64,000 bases of DNA from Felis catus (Eukaryota). The stretch spans positions 112,346,001-112,410,000 of the forward strand of contig NC_058368.1 in the NCBI RefSeq assembly GCF_018350175.1, in the 5' to 3' direction. The position numbers and the translations under genes were made by a program. The notes under the pieces were generated by a model, which saw nothing but the letters and a program-made list of their open reading frames with translations, was not told the DNA's origin and searched no databases. Shown here one piece after another: positions 1 to 11,360 of the stretch; positions within the stretch are counted from its first letter, which is position 1; the number at the start of each line of letters is the position of its first letter.

Positions 1-66
1 GGATATGCATCCACATTTTTAAGAAGATGGTTTTCTATTTAGAAGATCTGGTCATCTGTCTTCTAC

Positions 67-233
67 TTAGAGATATGCAGTAGGATCACTCAAGTCACAG
101 TTTTCAATATGTATATGGGATTGTATGCCAGGATGAACTTTCTGCAAGGGCAATACAGTTCCCAGTTTTTCTCCCTTCTTGATGGAACCTTTATATTTAA
201 TTGGCTTAATATGGAACATTTTTATACAAAAAC
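67..233 (-). CDS. LECT2: LECT2 coding exon 4 ([54 protein letters not shown])
   Basis: 167 nt from the AG acceptor (234-235) to TAA (69-67); contains the M23 HxH motif (H136, H138). The four exons sum to 456 nt = 151 aa + stop, with six Cys (25, 36, 41, 60, 99, 142). The 3' UTR runs off the window start. Confidence 0.98.
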
Positions 234-1124
234 CTAAAAGAAAAGAAATTAAATTAGTTTTTATCTGGGTTTTAGTAGCCTTGAGTCAGAAATTCAAAAA
301 ATAACAGAAATGGAAGAAAAGACAAAAAAAATGAGTTGATTGAACTCAATGAGGAAATTGAGGAAGATGACAAAATCATACCAGAAATGACTAAAATTAC
401 AAGATGCCGAAGGGAAAACAGATTCATATGAAAATTTAATAAAGACATTGAGGAATAACAGAAAAACGCTAGCTGAGAAAATTGAGACTATTAACATATT
501 TTCTTGTTCTCACCCAGAACAATTTCAACTCTAAGACATATTCTTATAAAATGATGAGACTTTAAAGACAAATAAAAATGGACATAATTGGCACAAGATT
601 GAAACTCTTACTAAATACCCAAAGAAAATAATTTTAAAGACAAAGACCCACCAAATAGATAAGTGGAGTTATTGTAATACTATCATCATAATGTAATATG
701 ACAATGTTGAGACCACATATATGAGTTATATCTATAAATGTTAACTCATCTGTTAAAAAAATGTTCCTACTAGCTTAAAAAGCAAAACCCAATTATATCC
801 TATATACAGTAAAACACAACAGTTGAAAAAGGCAAAAAATAAAGGGCTGGATCAAGATTTGTCAAGCAAATGGAAACAATAAGGAAAGCAAGGGTTATGA
901 ATCTGTTATCAGAGATTCGGATTCGGGACAAAAAGCATTGAAATGAAACAAAGGAGGACAATTTGTAATGCTAAATCCAATGAAGATACAGCATTTACAA
1001 CCACCTGCACACTAAACACAAACCATCTATATAAGGCAGAGACTACTGGAGAAACAGGGAGAAATAGAAACACACTAGAAGATTTTAATACACATATCAG
1101 TGAAAACAGTCAAGTAGACAGAAT

Positions 1125-1411
1125 TGTGCTGTCTGACATGGTAGCCACTAGCCACAAGTGGCCAGTCTGCACTTGAAATGTAGCTCATCTGAATTAAATG
1201 CACTTTGAGTATAAGATGCATGCTGGATTTTGAAGACAGTACAACAAAAGTAAAATACTAGTAATTTTTATGTTGCATTTTAAAATAATATTATAGACAC
1301 TGAATTAAATAAAATTTATTAAAATTAATTTTACCTATTTTTTAACTTTCATAATGTAACTAGAGAATTTTAAATTATCTATGTGACTTGTATTTCTGTT
1401 GGACATTGCTG
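1125..1411. mobile_element. hAT-Charlie MITE remnant (MER3/MER33-like) in LECT2 intron 3
   Basis: Starts gtgctgtctgacatggtagccactagccacaagtggcc and ends ctgttggacattgctg (degenerate terminal inverted repeats). Confidence 0.7.
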
Positions 1412-1684
1412 ATTTAGAAGATCTAAACAAAATCAATATAATGTGTCTTATATGCATGTTAAACAATATGTGCACAATTTCAACCCTGCAAGCCAATGTG
1501 ACAACTAATATAACAGTACAGGAAGAACTAAATAAATGGAGAATATAACATGTTAATTAATTAGAAGACTCATTACTTTTAAGATATCAGTTCTCAATTT
1601 CATCTGTGTAGTCAATGCAAACCCAAAGTCCCAGCAGAATTTTTGGTGGAAATTGATAAACTAAATCTTTTTTTAATGTACTTT

Positions 1685-1725
1685 TTAAAGTTTATTTATT
1701 TTGAGAGAAAGAGAGAGAGAGAGAG

Positions 1726-1762
<37 letters not shown>

Positions 1763-1930
1763 GTGGAGGACGGTCATAGAGAGTGGGCGAGAGAGAATCC
1801 CAAGCAGGCTCCACGCTGTCAGCCTGATGAAGAGCTCAAACTCATCAACCATGTGATCATGAGGCACTCTAGATCATTGAGCTGAGATGAAGAGTCAGAA
1901 GCTTAACTGACTGAGCCAACTAGATGCCCC
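1685..1930 (-). mobile_element. Can-SINE with (GA)n(GT)n tail
   Basis: Reverse complement of tRNA-like head (ggggcatctagttggctcagtcagttaag), (CT)n tract and A tail. Confidence 0.85.
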
Positions 1931-2039
1931 TGATAAACTGATTTTGTAATATATTTGGAAATGCACATGAGGAAGAATTGTCAAGGCAATCTGAAAGAAT
2001 AAATTTGAAAGATTTATGTTATATCAAGATGTGTTTTTG

Positions 2040-2236
2040 GTTTTTAATATTTATTTTTAGAGAGAGGGAGTGCAAGTGGGGTGGGGGCAGAGAGAGAGAG
2101 AAAGAAAATCCCAAGAAGGCTCCGCACTGTCAGTGCAGAGCCCCATGTGGGGTTCAATCTCATGAACCATGAGACCATGACCTGAGCCAAAATCAAGAGT
2201 TGGACGCTTAACCAACTGAGCCACCCAGGCGCTCCC
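2040..2236 (-). mobile_element. Can-SINE
   Basis: Typical head and tail; flanked by caagatgt direct repeats. Confidence 0.9.
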
Positions 2237-2911
2237 AAGATGTATTTTAAAGCTACAGTAATTAAGACAGTTGGATATTTGTGTAAGATCGACACATTGA
2301 CCAATGAAATACAATAGGAAAATCAGAAACAAACCCATGTTTATTCAGACCATGACTTACCACAAAAGACTATACTGCATTAGAGTAGGGGGAAAAAATA
2401 GTCTTTTCAGCTTAATGGTACTGAGTCAGAAACTAATGTGAGAAAAAAAGATCTTGATCCCTATCTCATTCCTTACACAGAACCCAATTCCAAGTGGATT
2501 ATAAATCTAAATATGAAAGATGAAGCAAAACTTACAGAAGAAAAAAATACTTTTATGACTTTATGATGAGCAAATGTGTCTTAAACAGGTAAAAACATGT
2601 TATCAATAAAGGAAAATACTACCAAATTGGACTAAAAGAAAAATAAGAATTTTTGTTTATTAAAAGATAGCAAAAATAAAGTGTAAAGGTAACCCATGAA
2701 GTGGGAGAAGATATTTACAATACATAGATCTGACAGACGACTCATCTACAATATACAAAAAGCTCCTACGTGCCAATAAGAAAAATGCAGAAAACACAGG
2801 GAGAAATACTTGAATAGGCACCTCACAAAAGATAATATCCATGCTATCAACAAATACAAAAAGGTGCTCCGTTGCATTAGCCATCAGGAAAATGTAAGTT
2901 AAAGCCAATAA

Positions 2912-3870
2912 TGACATGTCAGGTAAAGGGTTAATATCCAAAATCTATAAAGAACTTCTCAAATTCAAAACCCAAAAACAATCCAGTGAAGAAATGGGTG
3001 GAGGACATGAATAGATACTTTTCCAAAGAAATTAGATGGCTAACAGACTTGTGAAAAATATGGTCAACAACACTCATCATCAAGGAAATAAAAAACAAAA
3101 CCACAATGAAGTACTTCCTCATACCTGTCAGAATAGCTAAAATTAACAACTCAGGAAACAACATGTTGAAGAGGTTGTGGAGAAAGGGGAACCCTTTTGC
3201 ACTGTTGATGGGAATGCAAACTGGAGTAGCCACTCTGGAAAACAGAATGGAGGTTCCTCAAAAAATTAAAAGTAGGACTACCCTATGACCCAGCAGTTGC
3301 ACTACTAGGTATTTATTTATCCAAAGGATACAAAAATGCAGATTCAAAGAGGCACATGCACCCCAATGTTCATAACAATGCTATTAAGAACAGTTAAACT
3401 ATTGAAAGAGTACAAATGTCTATTGACTGATGAATGGATAAAGAAGATGTGGTATATATATAATGGAATATTCAGTTATCAGAAACAATGAAATCTTGCC
3501 ATTTGCAATAATATGGATGGAACTAGAGTGTATTATGCTAAGCTAAATAAGTCCATCAGAGAAAGACAAATACCATATGATTTCACTTAAATGTGGAATT
3601 TAAGAACTAAAACAGGTGAATATAGGGGAAGGGAAGGAAAAGTAAAGATAAAAATGGAGGCAAACCATAAGAAGCTCTTAACTATAAAGAACAAACAGGG
3701 TTGATGGAAGGAGGTGGGTGGGGGTTGGGCTAAATAGATGATGGGTATTAAAGAGGGTACTTGTGATGAGCACTGAGTGTTTTATGTAAGTGATGAGTCA
3801 CTGAATTCTACTCCTGAAACCAATACTACACTATATGTTAATTAACTTGGATCTAAATAAAAATAAATAA
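2912..3870 (+). mobile_element. Older carnivore L1 3' fragment nested in an ancient L1 remnant (~2240-4260)
   Basis: Degenerate ORF2 C-terminus, G-rich 3' UTR and A-rich tail aaataaaaataaataaa. Confidence 0.85.
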
Positions 3871-3920
3871 AGCGAATGAGATGCCACTATATACTCATCA
3901 CAATGGCTGAAATGGGAGAG

Positions 3921-4130
3921 GGGGCACTTGGGTGGCTCAGTCAGTTAAGTGTTCAACTCTTGATCTTGACTCAGGTCATGATCTCATGACTCATGAGTTT
4001 GAGCCTCGTGTTGGGCTCTGCACTGACCATGTGGAGCCTGCTTGGGATTCTTTCTCTCCCTCTCTCTGCCCCTTCCCTGCTTGCACTCTCTCTCTCTCTC
4101 TCAAAATAAATAAATTAACTTAAAAAAAAA
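3921..4130 (+). mobile_element. Can-SINE
   Basis: ggggcacttgggtggctcagtcagttaag head, (CT)n tract, aaaataaataaa tail. Confidence 0.9.
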
Positions 4131-4269
4131 GAATTGCTGAAGTGGAAAGTTGGAAGATAGCACCAAGTATTGTGTATGGAGCAACCGGAACTGTTACACA
4201 CTCCTCGTTGGAGTGTACATTGGAACTACTGCTTTGGGAAACGCATTAGCTGTTAGAGCAGAAGGTACA

Positions 4270-6480
4270 TATGGTACCAAGTGATCCAGCTGTCCCACTC
4301 GTACAACATTCTGCCATCAGCGAGTGTGCTGATTCCAATGATGCATTCTGAAACTGGGGAAATTACCAGAGAATGGATTTGTGGACACACTGGGACCACT
4401 GTCAGATGGACCCTAATGAAAATCTGCGTTGATCACCTGACCCTAGAAGCCTCTATTCTGACTGATTGACCACATTGGCCTTTTGGGTGTCCAAGAATTA
4501 AGTCTCAGTTGTTGAGCAAGTGTCCAGTAGTCTCTGAGAAGCGCCATTCTTTCTTCTTCCCCAGTGTACAGCCATCCTGCTTAATGGTGGCAGTTGCCTT
4601 TGAGGACAGCTAGAAGTAAGGTTTATGGTATAAATTTTAGGCTGTGTGAATTAATCTTTGACAAAGCAGGAAAGAACATCCAATGGAAAAAAGACAGTCT
4701 CTTTAACAAATGGTGCTGGGAGAACTGGACAGCAACATGCAGAAGGTTGAAACTAGACCACTTTCTCACACCATTCACAAAAATAAACTCAAAATGGATA
4801 AAGGACCTGAATGTGAGACAGGAAACCATCAAAACCTTAGAGGAGAAAGCAGGAAAAGACCTCTCTGACCTCAGCCGTAACAATCTCTTACTCGACACAT
4901 CCCCAAAGGCAAGGGAATTAAAAGCAAAAATGAATTACTGGGACCTTATGAAGATAAAAAGCTTCTGCACAGCAAAGGAAACAACCAACAAAACGAAAAG
5001 GCAACCAACGGAATGGGAAAAGATATTGGCAAATGACCTATCGGACAAAGGGCTAGTATCCAAAATCTATAAAGAGCTCACCAAACTCCACACCCGAAAA
5101 ACAAATAACCCAGTGAAGAAATGGGCAGAAAACATGAATAGACACTTCTCTAAAGAAGACATCCGGATGGCCAACAGGCACATGAAAAGATGTTCAGCGT
5201 CGCTCCTTATCAGGGAAATACAAATCAAAACCACGCTCAGCTATCACCTCACGCCAGTCAGAGTGGCCAAAATGAACAAATCAGGAGACTATAGATGCTG
5301 GCGAGGATGTGGAGAAACGGGAACCCTCTTGCACTGTTGGTGGGAATGTAAATTGGTGCAGCCGCTCTGGAAAGCAGTGTGGAAGTTCCTCAGAAAATTA
5401 AAAATAGACCTACCCTATGACCCATAGCACTGCTATGGGTCAATAGCAATAGCACTGCTAGGAATTTACCCAAGGGATACAGGAGTACTGATGCATAGGG
5501 GCACTTGTACCCCAATGTTTATAGCAGCACTCTCAACAATAGCCAAATTATGGAAAGAGCCTAAATGTCCATCAACTGATGAATGGATAAAGAAATTGTG
5601 GTTGATATACACAATGGAGTACTACGTGGCAATGAGAAAGAACGAAATATGGCCCTTTGTAGCAATGTGGATGGAACTGGAGAGTGTGATGCTAAGTGAA
5701 ATAAGCCATACAGAGAAAGACAGATACCGTATGTTTTCACTCTTATGTGGATCCTGAGAAACTTAACAGAAGACCATGGGGGAGGGGAAGGAAAAAAAAA
5801 AAAAAGAGGTTAGAGTGGGAGAGAGCCAAAGCATAAGAGACTCTTAAAAACTGAGAACAAACTGAGGGTTGATGGGGGGTGGGAGGGAGGGGAAGGTGGG
5901 GATGGGTATTGAGGATGGCATCTTTTGGGATGAACACTGGGTATTGTATGGAAACCAATTGGACAATAAATTTCATATATTGAAAAATAAATAAATAAAT
6001 AAATAAAATTTTAGGCTGTGTGATGGAGCGCTTCCTCAAAGGGGCTGAGCCTTGGTTTCTTTCAAGGGGCCCTGGGCTTGTGAACTGGTGCAAGTCTGGG
6101 GGTGAGAGGCAGTTTTGTGACCCAGTATGGTGATGATTGAAGTCACGACTTTGTTCATCAGACCTAGAGTGTTTCCATTTATACAAATCAAATCAGGCTT
6201 TAGTAGGCTGCCCGTTTGTTCAGTTCTTGGGTCACCATGATTAACTAGACAATGCCACAGATCTCTGTCCTTCAGATGAATCTGATGGCCTCTTCAGCTC
6301 TGCAGCCTGTTAGGTAACCATGCCAACCTTGGCCTTGCTTACTAAGTGGACTCCATCCAGTGGCAGCAGTTTCTCTTGTCATTTGGGTCCTATAGGGAAT
6401 AACCACCATAGAGCCCTTGAGGATGTGAGCTCCCTCACAAAGTGTTTCTTATGGTGGTGAGGGGAGTGTCCTCAGGGCCC
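4270..6480 (-). mobile_element. Ancient ERVL-like internal remnant (about 4270-4649 and 6024-6480) split by a young L1
   Basis: Degenerate sequence resembling ERVL gag/pro (gattccaatgatgcattctgaaactgggga; tgaactggtgcaagtctggg), continuous across the L1 target-site duplication. Confidence 0.5.
4650..6005 (+). mobile_element. Young 5'-truncated feline-type L1 in LECT2 intron 3, antisense to the gene
   Basis: ORF2 C-terminus ([12 protein letters not shown]...FSLLCGS*), 3' UTR and (AAAT)n tail; perfect 18-bp TSD aaattttaggctgtgtga at 4632-4649 and 6006-6023. Confidence 0.97.
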
Positions 6481-7131
6481 ATTTCTGACAGGAATGCACA
6501 TTTGTGTTCATTAAAAGACACATGCAGGAAAGTTCATGGAATTTTCATAATTGCCTGAAACTCGATACTACCCAGATGTCCACTTAGAGAAGAATGATTA
6601 CGTAGATGAAGATCTATGCATAGAATCAAGCCCTCTACATAAACGAGAATGAAGGAACTAGAATGACACACACAAATAGTAAGCCCAATACCCGGAGTAC
6701 TGGGTGACCCAGCTTAACCTAAAACATAGAAGCCTTTGAAAATATTTTCCAGCCAACTTTTGCAGGAATGCCAACATCTTTGAATTGTAGGATTTTGATA
6801 AATGAAAGTATTTATTTATTATAGTAGATACTGTTGAAAGTGATCTTGTTTGTAGACTATTAGGCAAAACCACATGGGCCACAAGAAGAAAGCCCGTCAG
6901 TCAGCTGTGGGGTTAGGTAGAGTGTGTGCATAAAGAAAATGATTTCAGAGGAAGAGGTGGAACGTATTTGAAAATGCATCGAGCTGTTTTAGTTTGGTAC
7001 CCTATGGCCTTTGTATTCTAGATGTTACTATTTTGAAGGACGTATGACACTTCGGCATATGGCATGTGCATTAAATAAATAAGCATCAAACATTTCCAGC
7101 ATGTGCCCCAGGTATAGACAGCACCTCTCAC

Positions 7132-7277
7132 CTCTTCCAGATATCCGAACTCCATTATTAATGGCATTTTTGTTCTTATAAGGTTTCTCCTGGCCTACAA
7201 TCGTTCCAGTGAAAGGCGCATACACAGTCGATCCATCAGAGCACAAGACGTCCACACCCTGGTGAGGCCTATGATTT
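7132..7277 (-). CDS. LECT2: LECT2 coding exon 3 ([49 protein letters not shown])
   Basis: 146 nt, AG acceptor and GTGAGA donor; contains the M23 HxxxD zinc motif (H53, D57); overlaps ORF 7028..7255. Confidence 0.98.
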
Positions 7278-7584
7278 CTAAAATGTAAATAAGAATGAAC
7301 AGACTGAGGAAACTGTCCTAGGAACTTTATTGCCCAGAAACATGGTGTTAGCCCACTGTTCCCAGACTAGGATATCAAACCCTGAAACTGCTACACCATA
7401 TTGGGAGGTCCCAGGTTTCCTCTCTTTAGCACAATTTTAACCTCCCTTCCTGCAGGTAGTAATAACCATATTGTAAAGATTAAAGTCTTTAGGATAGTAT
7501 TTGGTATGGAGAGCCTTTAAGAATTCATTAGCTATTATTGTTATATGGCATTTTGGGGAAATGAGACAATCTATGTAAGTAAAT

Positions 7585-8031
7585 TTTTAAAACGTATTTA
7601 TTCTTTTGAAGTTTATTTATTTTGTGAGAGAGAGCGCCGGGGAGGGGCAGAGAGAGGGGGAGAGAGAATCCCAAGCAGGCTCCATGCTGTCAGTACAGAG
7701 CCTGATGCAGGACTTGATCCCTTGAACCGTGAGATCATGACCTGAGCCGAAATCAAGAGTCAGACAGTTACCTGACTGAGCCACCCAGGGGTCCATATGT
7801 AAGTAAATGTTTAAAAGATTTTTTTAATGTCTATTTATTATTGAGAAACAGAGAGAGACAGAGCATGAGCATGGGAGGGGCAAAGAGAGAGGAAGACGCA
7901 AATCCGAAGCAGGCTCCAGGCTCCGAGCTGTCAGCACAGAGCCCGACTTGGGGCTCAAACTCACAAACCATGAGATCATGACCTGAGCTGAAGTCAGACA
8001 CTTAACCGACTGAGCCACCCAGGTGCCCCCA
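7585..8031 (-). mobile_element. Two tandem Can-SINEs in LECT2 intron 2
   Basis: Two SINE bodies (~7600-7794 and ~7815-8030) delimited by three copies of tatgtaagtaaat. Confidence 0.9.
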
Positions 8032-8200
8032 TATGTAAGTAAATTTTATAGATATATGACTCTTCACCCCTTCAAGACCAGTTGTAAAAGAGTTATCTCT
8101 TTATGGAAACCTATCATAAAAGAATCATACGTTACCCTCATCTTATTTTTGTCTCAGTGACCAGAAGTTGTCATAAACAACATTTTTTGTATACGGTATT

Positions 8201-8437
8201 GTATTTTATTTTTTTTTTTAATTTTTTTTTCAACGTTTTATTTTATTTTTGGGACAGAGAGAGACAGAGCATGAACGGGGGAGGGGCAGAGAGAGAGGGA
8301 GACACAGAATCGGAAACAGGCTCCAGGCTCTGAGCCATCAGCCCAGAGCCTGACGCGGGGCTCAAACTCCCGGACCGCGAGATCGTGACCTGGCTGAAGT
8401 CGGATGCTTAACCGACTGCGCCACCCAGGCGCCCCAA
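8201..8437 (-). mobile_element. Young CpG-rich feline SINE in LECT2 intron 2
   Basis: Intact head ggggcgcctgggtggcgcagtcggttaag; TSD tgtatacggtatt at 8188-8200 and 8438-8450. Confidence 0.95.
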
Positions 8438-9400
8438 TGTATACGGTATTTTAATACAGTGAGTGATACCTCCTGAGTTTATTAAAGTGGGTCAAGAACA
8501 AGCACAAAATGATCCCAGATTGTGAGATTTCTTGAAGTTGTCTCTGAAAATCCTCACTGTTGTTTACATTCACTCTTTCCAGCCCCCTCTCCCTTCTAAT
8601 AGGCTAGCACCTGAAAAATCCAATTTGTGAGGGTTGTTAAAATTGTGTATAAAGCAACACTGAGTGGGATTCCAAGTGAAAAACCAGTAAATTATTGTAG
8701 AAGTCAAGTGCATACACACTTTCGGGTATGAACAAATTAAGTCTTAATTCTGGCAATTGAGCGGCCATTTTTCCATATTTCCCATCTCAACCCTGCTGCT
8801 CCGGGTATTTGAGGTTGCTTTGTAAGTAGCATTTGTTTAAGTGAGAGCTCCACTATAATTAGGATGGAGATCGATGATGCAGTTGGACACATGGCTATTT
8901 CATCAGAGAGTGGCACCCCTAAGGTGGTGCTGTGCATTATTGAAAATTCACAACTGTGTCCCTTATTGTTTAGAAGAAATGGCCTGTCGAGGGCCAGCCT
9001 CTGATGTTGAACTCCCACATCCTGGGTCAGTGACATCATGGTGTGATGGGAAGAGAAACCAAAAGCGTGAATCCTTATGCAGCTTTTCCCACCTCCAACT
9101 GTGGTGGACAGGTGCCTTAACCCTTCATACCTCAGTTCAAGTCCCTCTTGAATAAAATGTGATAGTAATGTTGATTTTCACCTTGGAAAAACCAGGTGGG
9201 TAACACTGAGAAGGAAAACATGCATTTGCTCCCCTTTCTCTTTATTACATGCTTTATCCCCAATTCAGAGGCCATCCTTGAAACAGAGGTCTCGGAAGTT
9301 GCTCTAAAGATAGTAGTCCAGCTGGTTTCATCGCTGTGTCCTGCTGTTAAAGGGAAATGACCATGAGCGTTTGAGGCAAGGACACTAAGCAAAGAGGTTA

Positions 9401-9574
<174 letters not shown>

Positions 9575-11032
9575 TCACATATTTCCAGTCTCTTTTTACC
9601 TTGTCAGTCTTCCGGTAGCTTCAACGCTTCTGTTTTCACTATAGTTTTTCTCTAACTTTCTATATTTTATGGGCAGGTGTTCCTTTAATTCCCGATTCGG
9701 GTGTAAAGTTCGCTTTTTCCTTTACCATAAAATTCTGTCTTATGACATACACCGTATTTGTAAATGTGTTTATTTGTAAGCATTAATCTCCATCATTACG
9801 GTTTGTTTCAGATTATCAACTAATAAATGCCCTAAGTTATGATTCTCAAACTTTCTTTGCTTATTACTTGGGACCGCTGTCTTTAGGTTAAGCAAAAATA
9901 ATCAAACAGCATGGTGCCAAGAAATAATTCAAGAAATTCTAAAGTAACTTTGAGATGTTCCTTTATCGTTAGTCCTAAAAATCAAATCCAAGAAAATGTT
10001 TGAATTGAAGAAGCAAACTCTGAACTAGCAAAGCAGACTCTGAACTAAATAGATCTCTTTTCTGTCTGCAAACATGGAAGAGGGAGATTCTTAGAAATAA
10101 GAACATGTCGGACCAATTTAGCCTAGAGTGGAGGGAGAAGACAAGGGAAGGGAGTAGAAATATATGAAAAATTGTGAAGTAGTAAAACATGGAGGAAGGG
10201 CTGGCTCTCTCAGTGTATTTTGTGCACACTTGTTTTAGGTGCATCTTCTCTTTAGTATATGCTAAATTGAGATAAATGCTCAATTGAATTAAATTTCCCA
10301 GATTTCCAATGTTAACGTTCACAGAGAGATGCAGTTAGCCAACTTATCCTTTCACTTCAGAATAAACTAACAAAACAGAAGCAAAAGCAAGAACCAGCTA
10401 ATTTGATTGTTGATTTTCGTAATATATGTGCTGTGAGAGGAACAACAGAATATGGCTATTTAAGTTTATATGGCTGTTTAAGTATATTCTTTAATATATT
10501 TTTTAGAAGATGGGCTTCAAATGTCTTATACCTTTGAGCCAAACTTCAAGTCAACATCTTGATCGAAATACAATACCATCACTTTGGCAACTAGTATTTA
10601 TCCTGGGGAATTGAGGCAGATATTAGGTGATTTATTAGCGTATTCATTTTTCCTCTCCTGCTGTGATGGTTAAGGGAGCGAGAGTTCCCTTTGCCATAAT
10701 CCACGCCAGTCGCTGCGTAAGGAATTCTCCAAATCAAATTCTTATACAAACTTCTTATTTTCTAATTATGTTCCAATTAAATCCTAGGCCAAGATTAATA
10801 GACTTTTCTTAAAGTCCTCTATTCCACTTTTATGATTCCCTTGTTCAAGAAGGACAGCATTCAGGTGGAAGTCAGGAGAAGTCCCCCTTTCCCCTGTATT
10901 CTTCCTAGTCCATTTTCAGTAGTCAAACACACACATTTCTGTTGTGGTTGTGATGTTCCTGACTTTTGAATCTATTACTGAAATCCGTTTTTTAAAATTA
11001 GCCAAGATTCTAAAATTGTTTTTTGCACTTAC

Positions 11033-11078
11033 CAGTCGAAATGAAGACAGCAAAAAGGAGGACTTCTGTGGAAAACAT
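11033..11078 (-). CDS. LECT2: LECT2 coding exon 1 (signal peptide, MFSTEVLLFAVFIST)
   Basis: ATG at 11078-11076; 46 coding nt followed by donor GTAAGT; hydrophobic leader resembling human MFSTKALLLAGLIST; phase joins exon 2. Confidence 0.95.
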
Positions 11079-11229
11079 TTGGCTTTTGCTTTCCTTGTGA
11101 TGTTTATTTCTCTGATAATTGGAATTGCCCCCACACTCTTTGAAGAATAGCCAAGGTTGAATTATGTAGCCTTGGAATTCTGCATCATTCACGTCTTTCG
11201 TTTACTGTGAGACACACAGAAAAACAAGA

Positions 11230-11360
11230 ATGAAGCAAGTCAAAGTCAAATATTCCCTGGGTAGCTATTTGTTTCACATGTAGGGCCTATGTAAAAGTGT
11301 TTGATCTGAAGAAGGAGTTAATTTTATTGGAAATGCTGACTAAACATTAACAGAAAGTGA
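11230..11360 (-). promoter_or_regulatory. Probable LECT2 proximal promoter/TSS region with liver-type motifs
   Basis: 150-280 nt upstream of the ATG: DR1/HNF4-like AAGTCAAAGTCAAA (~11237-11250), TCF/LEF-like GTTTGAT (11299-11305), and HNF1/FOXA-like GTTAATGTTTAGT on the minus strand (~11339-11351). Motif matches are imperfect; the TSS is not determinable. Confidence 0.35.

Noticed and set aside
3921..3990. tRNA-like sequences with A/B boxes at SINE heads throughout the window
   Set aside because: They are the tRNA-derived heads of Can-SINEs followed by (CT)n and A tails, not tRNA genes.
4594..5757. 277-aa and 88-aa ORFs as a host gene
   Set aside because: They are the L1 ORF2 C-terminus of a 5'-truncated insertion; the N-terminal residues come from flanking DNA with a non-ATG start.
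7028..7131. ORF extension beyond LECT2 exon 3 ([10 protein letters not shown]...)
   Set aside because: Read-through into intron 3 past the canonical GTGAGA donor; no evidence of an alternative C-terminus from sequence alone.
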